Shown piece by piece: positions 10,729 through 20,458 of a DNA stretch of 64,000 bases. Position 1 is the first letter of the stretch. Each line of letters begins with the position of its first letter. The stretch covers positions 224,001 through 288,000 of the forward strand of contig CAVXWZ010000011.1 of NCBI GenBank assembly GCA_963765575.1, given 5' to 3'. The notes under the pieces were generated by a model that was not told the DNA's origin, did no database searches, and was given only the letters and a program-made list of their open reading frames with translations. The translations under genes were made by a program, and so were the position numbers. Origin of the DNA: an uncultured cyanobacterium (GTDB lineage Bacteria > Cyanobacteriota > Cyanobacteriia > PCC-6307 > Cyanobiaceae).

Positions 10729-12531
10729 TCAGGGCGCCAGGCCCACGCCGTTGTGCACCCTGCCCACCACGCCGCGCCCCATCACCCGCACGCTGCCGCC
10801 CATCACCAGGCCCGTGGAGCTGCCGCCATCGAGGTTGAGGGCGTCGCGCAGCCCCATCTGCAGCAGCACCTGGGCGGCCTGGGCCAGGGTGGGACCGGGA
10901 TTGCCAGCGCCTTCGAGGGTGATCAGCCACACCTCGCGCCCGTCACTGGCCAGCACGGTGCGCGGGGCTCCCTGACGCATGAAGCTGGCGGCGAAGCCCT
11001 CGGCGCTGCCGTTGAGCACACTGCGGCCGCCCTGGAGCAGCAGCGGCCCGCCCCCAACCACCTGCTGGGCCGCCCCCAGGGAGCTGCTGGGGCGGCTGCT
11101 GAGGGTGAGCCGATCACCGGGGTTCCAGGCCAGCACGGCGCCGCCCCTGGCCACGAACAGCGTGTCGCCGCCCCGCAGCGGCACGCCCCGCTCCAGTTCC
11201 AGGGTGCCGAGGCGCTGCAGCACGGCGCCGTTGCGCATCAGCACGGCCGTTTCGTTGCCACTGAGGGCCTGGTAGGCCGGCCCCCACTCGGCCGTGTAGC
11301 GGCTGATCCCCCGCTGCACGAAGCCGCTGTTCACCACCACCAGCGGCACGCCCCGGCCATCGGGCCCGGCCACCGATTCCCGCAGGCTGAGCCGCCCGAA
11401 GCTGGGCAGCTCGCGGCCGTTCCAGGCCGCCACCCCGCGGTTGAGGATCGGTCCGGAGTACCAGCGGCCGTTGCGCTTCAGTGCGCCCAGGGGCAGGCGT
11501 CGCACGCGGTTGAAGTAGCCGCCGTTGATGGCCACCAGCGCCTGGTTCTGCTGGGCCAGCTGGGCGAGGGTGCCGAGGCCCGTCATGGCCGTGGGGGGCA
11601 CCAGGGGCACCAGCTGCAGGGGGCCGTTGGCCGGCTCCACCCGCACGGCGTTGATGCGGATGCCGGCGCGCTCCAGGCGGTCCCAGCGCACGCCCCGGCC
11701 CAGCAGGGCCTGCAGGCGGGGATCGATGGGGGCCGGCGCCGCCGGCGTGGGGGCCTTGGTGCCGCCGGGCAGGTCGATCACCACCCGGTTCGGTGTCCCG
11801 AGGGTGAAGACCTTGCTCGGGGCGCCGGCACCGCTGCGCAGGGCCAGCCCGCGGCCGTCGCCCCGCGCCGCCAGCCCCAGCCCCTGCAGCTCCCGGCGGC
11901 GGGCGGCATCGGCGCTGATGCCCAGCAGCAGTTCCCCGGCGGCGGTCTCCACCAGGGCCGGACCGGCGAGGTCGAGCACCACCCGGCGGCTGCCCACCTG
12001 GTTCGAGCTGCGCACCCCCACCAGGGCGGCCACCGGCAGATCGAGGCTGAGGCGATCGCCGTCGCTGCGCAGCCGCACCCCCACGGCCCGGAGCAGGGGC
12101 AGGGCATCCACCGCCACCTCGTCGTCGAGGGCCTGCTGGGCGCTGGCCGGCACCTTCAGGGGCTGGCCGAACCATTCCAGATCCAGGCTGCCGTCACTGA
12201 GGCTGCGGCTGCTCACGCCCAGCTGGTTCTGCAGCACCTCCAGCGGCAGCCACAGCTGGCTGGGGCGCTCGGCGGCGCCGACCCAGCGCCAGCGCGCCTG
12301 CTGGGGGCGGCCGTTGACCAGCAGGGTGGCGCCCTCGCGGGTCGGCTCCGTCGCCTGGCGGGGGCTGCTGCGGCTCACGGGCGGGGGCATCCGCGGCGCC
12401 GCCAGGGCGGCGCCAGGCAGCAGCACCGCCGCCAGGCCCAGACCCACCAGCCCGCGCAGCGCCAGGGCGGCCCGGGGTGAGCGTGGGGTCGCATCCGCGC
12501 TTGTCATGCCTGCAGTCTCGCGGTCCACCAT
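10729..12531 (-). CDS. Exported phosphodiester glycosidase (NAGPA/DUF2233) family protein
   Basis: Signal peptide-like segment; AINGGYF, GGGPLL, APRT, ALNLDGGSST motifs. Confidence 0.88.
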   Translation of the reverse strand: MVDRETAGMTSADATPRSPRAALALRGLVGLGLAAVLLPGAALAAPRMPPPVSRSSPRQATEPTREGATLLVNGRPQQARWRWVGAAERPSQLWLPLEVLQNQLGVSSRSLSDGSLDLEWFGQPLKVPASAQQALDDEVAVDALPLLRAVGVRLRSDGDRLSLDLPVAALVGVRSSNQVGSRRVVLDLAGPALVETAAGELLLGISADAARRRELQGLGLAARGDGRGLALRSGAGAPSKVFTLGTPNRVVIDLPGGTKAPTPAAPAPIDPRLQALLGRGVRWDRLERAGIRINAVRVEPANGPLQLVPLVPPTAMTGLGTLAQLAQQNQALVAINGGYFNRVRRLPLGALKRNGRWYSGPILNRGVAAWNGRELPSFGRLSLRESVAGPDGRGVPLVVVNSGFVQRGISRYTAEWGPAYQALSGNETAVLMRNGAVLQRLGTLELERGVPLRGGDTLFVARGGAVLAWNPGDRLTLSSRPSSSLGAAQQVVGGGPLLLQGGRSVLNGSAEGFAASFMRQGAPRTVLASDGREVWLITLEGAGNPGPTLAQAAQVLLQMGLRDALNLDGGSSTGLVMGGSVRVMGRGVVGRVHNGVGLAP

Positions 12532-12725
12532 CGGCCGCTGACGTTAGGCGCAGCAAGCGGGCTGCGCCTGCCTAGGATCTGGGGCTCATCAGGTGCATGC
12601 TCCTCCGGGCGCAGGCGATACCGGCCCCGCAGTGGCCCCGCACCGGTTCGACCCGGTCAGGCCGCTGCAGGGTCCTCCCCGTGCCCCTGTCCACCGCCAC
12701 GACTCACGCCGGAACGCTTCGGGTT

Positions 12726-15700
12726 ATGCCTCGTCTCCCCCGCCCCGCATGGCCCCACCGCGACAGCCCGGCGCCGGCTGCCGTGGCGGGCGAAAAGGAC
12801 GCCTGCGGGGTGGGTTTCGTGGCCTCCCTGCACGGCAAGGCCGACAATTGGCTGCTGCGTCAGGCCCTGCGGGGGCTGGGCTGCATGGAGCACCGCGGCG
12901 GCTGCGGCGGCGACGGCGATTCCGGCGATGGCGCCGGCGTGCTCTGCGGCATCCCCTGGAGCTTTCTGGAGGCCGTGTGGCCCCAGGCCGCTGCCAGCGC
13001 CGGCCGCAGCCGCGGTCTGGGCATGGTGTTTCTGCCCACCGATGCCGCCCGCCGCGAACAGGCCCGTGCCTTCTGCGATGAGGAGGCCCGGCGTTTCGGC
13101 CTCGACAGCCTGGGCTGGCGCACCGTGCCGGTGGACCCGGCCGTGCTCGGGCCGATGGCGCGCGACACGGCCCCGTGCATCGAGCAGTGGCTGCTGGGCG
13201 CCGAGGTGGAGGGCGATGCCCTCGAAGCCCTGCTGTTCCGCCTGCGCCGCCGCTGCGGCGACCGGGCCCGGGAGGCCTGGGGCTCCGCCGGCGACCTCTA
13301 CTTCGCCGCCCTGAGCAGCCGCACCACCGTTTACAAGGGCATGGTGCGCTCGGAGGTGCTGCCGGCCTTCTACGCCGACCTGCGCGATCCGCGCTTCGCC
13401 GTGACCTATGCGGTGTATCACCGCCGCTTCAGCACCAACACGCTGCCCCGCTGGCCCCTGGCCCAGCCGATGCGGCTGCTGGGGCACAACGGTGAGATCA
13501 ACACCCTGCTCGGCAACATCAACTGGGCCCGGGCCGCCGAAGCCAACCTCGACGCCGTGTGGGGCGAAACGGCCGGCGACCTCAAGCCGGTGGTGAATCC
13601 GGCCTTCAGCGATTCGGCCAACCTCGACGCCACCCTCGAGCTGCTGGTGCGCGGCGGCCGGCCGATCACCGACAGCCTGCTCACCCTGGTGCCCGAGGCC
13701 TTCCGCCACCAGCCCGATCTGGAGAGCCGCCCGGCGATCCAGGCCATGTATGAATTCAACGCCTGCACCCAGGAGCCCTGGGATGGCCCGGCGCTGCTGG
13801 TGTTCGCCGACGGCCGCAGCGTTGGCGCCACCCTCGATCGCAACGGCCTGCGGCCCGCCCGCTACTGCATCACCAGCGACGGCTACGTGGTGATGGGGTC
13901 GGAGACCGGCGTGCTGGAGCTGCAGGAATCCCTGATCGTGGAGAAGGGCCGGCTGGGCCCTGGCCAGATGCTGGCGGTGGACCTCGAGCAGGGCCGGCTG
14001 CTGCACAACTGGGAGGTGAAGGAGGAGGCCGCGGCCCGCCACCCCTACGGCGCCTGGCTGGCCGAGAACCGCCGCAGCCTGCCGACCCGGCCCTGGGAGC
14101 AGGAGCGCCGGCTGGGCGATCTGGAGCTGCTGCAGCGGCAGACGGCCTTCGGCTTCACCGCCGAAGACCTCGACCTGGTGATCGAGGACATGGCCGGAGC
14201 CGGCAAGGAGCCCACCTATTGCATGGGCGACGACATCCCCCTGGCGGTGCTCTCCAGCAAGCCGCACCTGCTTTACGACTACTTCAAGCAGCGTTTCGCC
14301 CAGGTCACCAATCCGCCCATCGACCCGCTGCGCGAAAAGCTGGTGATGAGCCTGGAGATGCACCTCGGCCGGCGCGGCTCGGCCCTGCGCCCCGCTCCGG
14401 AGGGTGCGGCGGTGCTGCATCTCGACACGCCCCTGCTCAATGAGGCGGAGCTGGCCGACCTGCCCCACCAGGGCTTGCCCACCGCCCAGCTCTCGACGCT
14501 GCTGCCGGTGGCCGCCGGGCCGGCGGGGCTGGAGCAGGCCGTGCGGCGGCTGCAGGGCGAGGCCGAAGCCGCGGTGCGCGAGGGGCGCCAGATCCTGGTG
14601 CTCAGCGACCGCCTCGGCCTCGACGGCCGCCCCGCCGGCATCGCCGCCAGCACCACCTACGTGCCGCCGCTGCTGGCGGTGGGGGCGGTGCACCAGCACC
14701 TGCTGCGCCTGGGCCTGCGCCTGCACACCTCCCTGGTGGTGGACACGGCCCAGTGCTGGAGCACCCACCACCTGGCCTGTCTGATCGGCTTCGGTGCCAG
14801 TGCGGTGTGCCCGTGGCTCACCTGGGAAACCAGCCGCCACTGGCTGGCCCAGCCGCGCACCCAGAAAATGATCGAAACCGGCAAGCTGCCGGCCCTCGAC
14901 GCCGACCGGGCCCAGGCCAATGTGCGCAAGGCCCTCGAAGACGGGCTGCGCAAGATCCTGTCCAAGATCGGCATCTCGATGCTGTCGAGCTACCACGGCG
15001 CCCAGATCTTCGAAGCCATCGGCATCGGCGCCGACCTGATCGAGCTGGCCTTCCGCGGCACCACCAGCCGGGTGGCCGGCCTCAGCCTGGCTGAACTGGC
15101 CAGCGAAACCCTCACCTTCCACACCAAGGCCTTCCCGGAGCTGGATCGCACCAAGCTCGAGTTCATGGGCTTTGTGCAATACCGCACCGGCGGTGAATAC
15201 CACCTCAACAGTCCGGAGATGGCCAAGGCGCTGCATGCGGCCGTCAAGGCGGGGCCGGGCTATGACCACTTCTCCACCTACCAGACCCTGCTCGAAAACC
15301 GGCCGGTCACGGCCCTGCGCGACCTGCTCCAGCTCGAGCCGGCCGCCACGCCCCTGCCCCTCGACCAGGTGGAGAGCGTGGAGAGCATCTGCCGCCGCTT
15401 CTGCACCGGCGGCATGAGCCTGGGGGCGCTGTCGCGCGAGGCCCATGAGGTGCTGGCGGTGGCGATGAACCGGCTCGGCGGCAAGAGCAACAGCGGCGAG
15501 GGCGGTGAGGATTCGGCCCGTTTCCATCGTCTTCACGACGTGGACGATGCCGGCCACTCCGCCACCCTGCCCACCATCTCCGGGCTGCGCAACGGCGACA
15601 CCGCCTGCTCGGCGATCAAACAGGTGGCCTCGGGCCGCTTCGGCGTCACCCCGGAGTACCTGCGCAGCGCCCAGCAACTGGAGATCAAGGTGGCCCAGGG

Positions 15701-17408
15701 CGCCAAGCCCGGGGAGGGCGGCCAGCTGCCGGGCCCCAAGGTGGACGACTACATCGCCTGGCTGCGCAACAGCAAATCCGGGGTGCCGCTGATCTCACCG
15801 CCGCCCCACCACGACATCTATTCCATTGAGGATCTGGCCCAGCTGATCCACGACCTGCACCAGGTGCATCCGGCGGCCAAGGTGAGTGTGAAGCTGGTGG
15901 CCGAGATCGGCATCGGCACGATCGCCGCCGGGGTGGCCAAGGCCAACGCCGACGTGATTCAGATCTCCGGCCACGACGGCGGCACCGGCGCCTCACCGCT
16001 GAGCTCGATCAAACATGCCGGCAGCCCCTGGGAGCTCGGTCTCACCGAGGTGCACCGCAGCCTGCTGGAGAACGGCCTGCGCGATCGGGTGCTGCTGCGC
16101 GCCGACGGCGGCCTCAAGACCGGCTGGGATGTGGTGGTCGCCGCCCTGCTGGGGGCCCAGGAATACGGCTTCGGGTCGGTGGCGATGATCGCCGAGGGCT
16201 GCATCATGGCCCGCGTCTGCCACACCAACAACTGCCCGGTGGGGGTGGCGACCCAGAAGGAGGCGCTGCGCCGGCGCTTCACGGGCCTGCCCGAGCACGT
16301 GGTGAATTTCTTCCTGTTCGTGGCCGAGGAGGTGCGCCAGCTGCTGAGCGTGCTGGGGGTGGCCTCGATGGAGGAGCTGATCGGCCGCAGCGACCTGCTG
16401 GCGGTGCGTGAGGTGGCCCTGGCCAAGACCAGCGCCGTGGACCTCTCCTGCCTGCTGGATCCGATTCCGGCCGCGGCCGAGCGCAGCTGGGTGCGGCCCG
16501 ACCGGCTGGCCCATGGCAACGGCCCGATCCTGGAGGATCAGCTGCTGGCCGATGCCGACGTGATGGCCGCCATCGAGGAGCACGGCCAGGTGGCCCGCAC
16601 GCTGGCGATCATCAACACCGACCGCAGTGTGGGTGCCCGGCTGGCCGGCGAAATCGCCGCCCGCCACGGCAACAGGGGCTTCAACGGCCAGCTCGACCTG
16701 CGCTTCGAGGGCGCCGCCGGCCAGAGCTTCGGCGCCTTCCTGCTGCAGGGCATGGCCGTGCACCTCGAAGGTGACGCCAACGACTATGTGGGCAAGGGCA
16801 TGAACGGCGGACGCATCACCGTGGTGCCCCATCCCGGCGGCAGCAACCCCGGGGCCCAGGTGATCCTGGGCAACACCTGCCTCTACGGCGCCACCGGCGG
16901 CGAACTGTTCGCCCTGGGGCGTTCCGGCGAGCGCTTCGCGGTGCGCAACAGCGGCGCACGGGCGGTGGTGGAGGGTGCCGGCGATCACTGCTGCGAGTAC
17001 ATGACCGGCGGCGTGGTGGTGGTGCTCGGCTCCACCGGCCGCAACGTGGCCGCCGGCATGACCGGCGGCGTGGCCTTCCTGCTGGATGAGGACGGCCGCC
17101 TCAGCGAGCGCGTGAACCCCGACACCGTGGCCATCGAGGCCCTGACCACCGCCGAACAGGAGGCGCTGCTGCGGCCGTTGCTGGAGCGCCACCTGGAGGG
17201 CACCGGCAGCACCCGTGCCGCCCAGATCCTGGCCGACTGGCCCACCTGGAAAGGCCGCTTCAAGCTGCTGGTGCCGCCCAGCGAGAAGGCAGACGGTGGG
17301 GCTGGCGGAGCGGGAGGTGGTGGTGGCCGCATGAATGCTGCCCCTGATCTGGCTAGTTCCTGCATGGATCACCTGTGCCGATTTTTGCAGGTCGGGGCGC
17401 TCCCATAA
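12726..17408 (+). CDS. glsF: Ferredoxin-dependent glutamate synthase (C-terminus apparently frameshifted; natural stop probably 17334)
   Basis: EKDACGVGF, HRRFSTNT, HNGEIN, KVAQGAKPGEGGQL, CHTNNCPVGVATQ, GCEYMTGG-like motifs; also called gltB/gltS. Confidence 0.97.
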   Translation: MPRLPRPAWPHRDSPAPAAVAGEKDACGVGFVASLHGKADNWLLRQALRGLGCMEHRGGCGGDGDSGDGAGVLCGIPWSFLEAVWPQAAASAGRSRGLGMVFLPTDAARREQARAFCDEEARRFGLDSLGWRTVPVDPAVLGPMARDTAPCIEQWLLGAEVEGDALEALLFRLRRRCGDRAREAWGSAGDLYFAALSSRTTVYKGMVRSEVLPAFYADLRDPRFAVTYAVYHRRFSTNTLPRWPLAQPMRLLGHNGEINTLLGNINWARAAEANLDAVWGETAGDLKPVVNPAFSDSANLDATLELLVRGGRPITDSLLTLVPEAFRHQPDLESRPAIQAMYEFNACTQEPWDGPALLVFADGRSVGATLDRNGLRPARYCITSDGYVVMGSETGVLELQESLIVEKGRLGPGQMLAVDLEQGRLLHNWEVKEEAAARHPYGAWLAENRRSLPTRPWEQERRLGDLELLQRQTAFGFTAEDLDLVIEDMAGAGKEPTYCMGDDIPLAVLSSKPHLLYDYFKQRFAQVTNPPIDPLREKLVMSLEMHLGRRGSALRPAPEGAAVLHLDTPLLNEAELADLPHQGLPTAQLSTLLPVAAGPAGLEQAVRRLQGEAEAAVREGRQILVLSDRLGLDGRPAGIAASTTYVPPLLAVGAVHQHLLRLGLRLHTSLVVDTAQCWSTHHLACLIGFGASAVCPWLTWETSRHWLAQPRTQKMIETGKLPALDADRAQANVRKALEDGLRKILSKIGISMLSSYHGAQIFEAIGIGADLIELAFRGTTSRVAGLSLAELASETLTFHTKAFPELDRTKLEFMGFVQYRTGGEYHLNSPEMAKALHAAVKAGPGYDHFSTYQTLLENRPVTALRDLLQLEPAATPLPLDQVESVESICRRFCTGGMSLGALSREAHEVLAVAMNRLGGKSNSGEGGEDSARFHRLHDVDDAGHSATLPTISGLRNGDTACSAIKQVASGRFGVTPEYLRSAQQLEIKVAQGAKPGEGGQLPGPKVDDYIAWLRNSKSGVPLISPPPHHDIYSIEDLAQLIHDLHQVHPAAKVSVKLVAEIGIGTIAAGVAKANADVIQISGHDGGTGASPLSSIKHAGSPWELGLTEVHRSLLENGLRDRVLLRADGGLKTGWDVVVAALLGAQEYGFGSVAMIAEGCIMARVCHTNNCPVGVATQKEALRRRFTGLPEHVVNFFLFVAEEVRQLLSVLGVASMEELIGRSDLLAVREVALAKTSAVDLSCLLDPIPAAAERSWVRPDRLAHGNGPILEDQLLADADVMAAIEEHGQVARTLAIINTDRSVGARLAGEIAARHGNRGFNGQLDLRFEGAAGQSFGAFLLQGMAVHLEGDANDYVGKGMNGGRITVVPHPGGSNPGAQVILGNTCLYGATGGELFALGRSGERFAVRNSGARAVVEGAGDHCCEYMTGGVVVVLGSTGRNVAAGMTGGVAFLLDEDGRLSERVNPDTVAIEALTTAEQEALLRPLLERHLEGTGSTRAAQILADWPTWKGRFKLLVPPSEKADGGAGGAGGGGGRMNAAPDLASSCMDHLCRFLQVGALP

Positions 17409-17523
17409 AATAGGGAGCCTGTTGGTCTTAAGGACGATTGGAAGGGTTGTCAGGTTGCGTGAACCGATTCGATTCGGGCCATCCGAGAGTGGCTGAATGG
17501 CTCAGTGGCTCGATCACTCCTTG

Positions 17524-18430
17524 TCATCGCCCGTGCATCTCCATCAACCTCCTCACCTCGCCGGCGTGATAACTGCTGCGGGTGAGCGGTGAGCTCACCA
17601 CCTGCAGAAAGCCCAGGTCCTCTTCGCCATGGCGCCGATAGCTTTCAAACTGCTCGGGGGTCACGAAGCGATCCACCGGCAGGTGCTTTGGCCCGGGGGA
17701 GAGATACTGGCCAATCGTCACGATGTCCACCTGGTGGTGCCTGAGGTCGGCCAGCACCTCCCGCACCTCGGAATCCCGTTCCCCCAGGCCCACCATCAAT
17801 CCAGATTTGCTGTAGGCCCGCGGCCAGCCCTCGCGCACCCGCCTCAGCAGCTCCAGCGACCGTGCATAGATGGCCTGGGGCCGGGCCGAGCGGTACAGGC
17901 GCGGCACCGTCTCGATGTTGTGGTTGAGCACGTGAGGCCCTGCGTCCATCACCCTGGCCAGTGCCGCCCAGTTGCCGCAGAAGTCGGGGATCAGCAGCTC
18001 GATCGTGGTGAGCGGTGAGCGCAGGCGCACCTGCTCGATGCAGGCCACAAACTGGCTGGCGCCGCCATCGGCCAGATCGTCGCGGTTCACGGCGGTGATC
18101 ACCACGTGGCTCAGCTTCAGCCGCTGCACGGCCTCCCCCAGCCGCTCGGGCTCGCTGGGGTCGAGGGCGCGGACGCTGCGATCGAAGTCGATGTCGCAGT
18201 AGGGGCAGGCGCGCGTGCAGCCGGGCCCCATGATCAGAAAGGTGGCCGTGCCGCTGGCGAAGCACTCGCCGATGTTCGGGCAGCTGGCCTCCTGACACAC
18301 CGTGTTCAGCCTCAGGTCCACCAGCAGGTCGGCCACGGCGCCGATGCGTTCGCGCTGGGGGGCCTTCACCCGCAGCCACTCGGGTTTCAGCCAAGGCGGT
18401 TGGGACGTGGGCCGTGTCGGCGCTGGGCAT
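17524..18430 (-). CDS. lipA: Lipoyl synthase (start uncertain; possible frameshift near 18391)
   Basis: [30 protein letters not shown] radical-SAM motif, RSSYHA. Confidence 0.95.
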
Positions 18431-18533
18431 GCCGTGACTCTCAGGAGGGTTTGGGTGCGGGGGCTTGGGGTGGGGCAGGCCAGGGCTGAAGGTACGGCTG
18501 GCGCCAAGGGGCCATCCCCTAAAGTCACTGAAT

Positions 18534-18607
18534 CGGGATGTGGCGCAGCTTGGTAGCGCACTTCGTTCGGGACGAAGGGGCCGCAGGTTCGAATCCTGTC
18601 ATCCCGA
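18534..18607 (+). tRNA. trnP: tRNA-Pro (CGG)
   Basis: CGGGATG/CATCCCG acceptor stem, anticodon arm CTTCG-TTCGGGA-CGAAG, GGTTCGAATCC T-arm; CCA not encoded. Confidence 0.97.
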
Positions 18608-20458
18608 TTTGCCCCCAGCCGGCGTGGCTTCCTCCGGGGAGCTGAGTTCGGCCCCCGGGTAGCCCCGGGGGGTCACCACCCACGGGCCGCTGCTGCGGCT
18701 GCTGCTGTTGCCCACCAACACCAGGGTGAGCATGTCCACCGCGTCGATCGGCACGGCCTCCAGCCGGTGCACGCTGACCTGCTCCTCGGGCCGGCCCAGC
18801 TGGCGGGCCAGCACCACCGGCGTGGATCCGGGCCTGCCGTCCCGCAGGATGGCCAGGGCGCAGCCCAGTTGCCAGTGGCGATCCCGCGAGCGGGGGTTGT
18901 AGAGCGCCACCACGAAATCACCGGCCGCCGCGGCCCGGAGCCGCTGCTCGATCACGTTCCAGGGGGTGAGCCTGTCGCTGAGGCTGATGGTGCAGAAGTC
19001 GTGCATCAACGGGGCCCCGCTGCGGGCGGCGGCCAGCTGCAGGGCCGAGATGCCCGGGTGCACCGTGAAGGCGGGGCGGCCGTCCTCGGGCTGCTGCAGC
19101 CACAGCTCCAGGGCCAGCCCCGCCATCGCATAGATGCCGCTGTCCCCCGAGGACACCAACGCCACGTCCAGCCCCTGGCTGGCCAGCTCCAGGGCCAGGG
19201 CGCAGCGGGCCCGCTCCTCGGTGAGCTGGCCGTCGCAGCGCAGCTGGTCGGGGCGGCGCAGGGGCTCCAGCAAATCGAGGTAGAGCCCGTAGCCCACCCA
19301 CACCGTGGCCTGGGCCAGGGCCCGGCGGGCGTCCGGCGTCAGCAGATCCAGCCTCCCCGGCCCGCTGCCCACCAGCTGCAGGTGGCCCCGCTGGGGGGCC
19401 CATTGCTCCGGGGCCTGGGCCACGGCCACGGTGGCGGCGCCGCGTTCGCCGGCCGCGGCGTGCAGCACCTGCTTGCCGGCCAGCAACCGCGCCTGCGGGC
19501 CGGCCGCCAGCAGCGCGGCGGCTTCGGCCACGCTGGCCGTGCCCATCTCGGCCGCCACCACCGCTGAGGGATTGGGCACCGCCACGGCCGCCAGATCGGC
19601 CGCTGCAAACCAGCGCAGCGGCCACTGGCGCTGCCGGGCCAGCTCCAGCAGGGCCGGTTCGTCGGCCTTGCGGTCGATGCTGGCCAGCCCGGCCACGGCC
19701 TGGGGCGCCAGCCCCAGCTCCCGCAGGCGCCCATCCACCAGCCGCTCCAGCAGGCTGAGGCTGCTCAGACGCTCGCAGCCCACGCCCAACCACAGGCAGG
19801 GCGGATGCCAGCGGCAGCCGGGCCCGGCGGCGATGGTGATCGTCAGGTCCGGCGGGGCGCTGCCGGCTTGGGCACTCTCCTGGGGCACCGGGTTGCGCTG
19901 CTGCAGGGCCGGCAGCTGGGCGGCGGCCTCCAGCTGCTGCCAGCGCCGTGAGCCGGCGCTCTGGACCAGGCGCAGCTGATCGATCGGCTGGGCCGCCCGC
20001 TTCATCAGGGCGTTCCAGTCGCCGCCGTCGCTGCGCCGCCAGCCCCAGGCAAGCCCGAACTGGTCAAGCGGTAGCCGTTGCCAGCCGCTGCTGCTGCCCG
20101 TGCTCACCAGCTCGGCGGCCAGCAACGCCGCCACCTCCCGGCCGAGCTGCTCGGCACCGGCCTGGTGGGCCCCCAGCAGGGGGATCACGAAGCGGCCCCG
20201 GGGATCGAGCACCACCACCGCCGGATCCTGGCGCTTGTCCAGCAGCAGCGGAGCCAGCAGCCGCACCACCAGTCCGCAGGCGCCCACCACCACAAAGCCC
20301 TGGGCGCTGGCCCACTGCTCGCGCAGACAGGCCGCCGCCGAGCCCGCCTCGCCCAGAGGCGCCAGCTGATCGATCACCCCCGCCTGGAGCAGGGGCTCCA
20401 GCAGGGCCTGGGCGCCGGGGCTGAAGCTCAGCCCCCAGATGTCGCCACGCCCGTTCAC
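18599..20458 (-). CDS. cobJ: Bifunctional CbiG / precorrin-3B C17-methyltransferase
   Basis: [17 protein letters not shown] and LGVGCER (CbiG); [35 protein letters not shown] (CobJ/CbiH). Confidence 0.94.
   Translation of the reverse strand: MNGRGDIWGLSFSPGAQALLEPLLQAGVIDQLAPLGEAGSAAACLREQWASAQGFVVVGACGLVVRLLAPLLLDKRQDPAVVVLDPRGRFVIPLLGAHQAGAEQLGREVAALLAAELVSTGSSSGWQRLPLDQFGLAWGWRRSDGGDWNALMKRAAQPIDQLRLVQSAGSRRWQQLEAAAQLPALQQRNPVPQESAQAGSAPPDLTITIAAGPGCRWHPPCLWLGVGCERLSSLSLLERLVDGRLRELGLAPQAVAGLASIDRKADEPALLELARQRQWPLRWFAAADLAAVAVPNPSAVVAAEMGTASVAEAAALLAAGPQARLLAGKQVLHAAAGERGAATVAVAQAPEQWAPQRGHLQLVGSGPGRLDLLTPDARRALAQATVWVGYGLYLDLLEPLRRPDQLRCDGQLTEERARCALALELASQGLDVALVSSGDSGIYAMAGLALELWLQQPEDGRPAFTVHPGISALQLAAARSGAPLMHDFCTISLSDRLTPWNVIEQRLRAAAAGDFVVALYNPRSRDRHWQLGCALAILRDGRPGSTPVVLARQLGRPEEQVSVHRLEAVPIDAVDMLTLVLVGNSSSRSSGPWVVTPRGYPGAELSSPEEATPAGGKSG

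Noticed and set aside
12657..15677. 1006-aa antisense ORF opposite glutamate synthase (also 15993-17372)
   Set aside because: Shadow ORF typical of high-GC3 codon bias; no motifs
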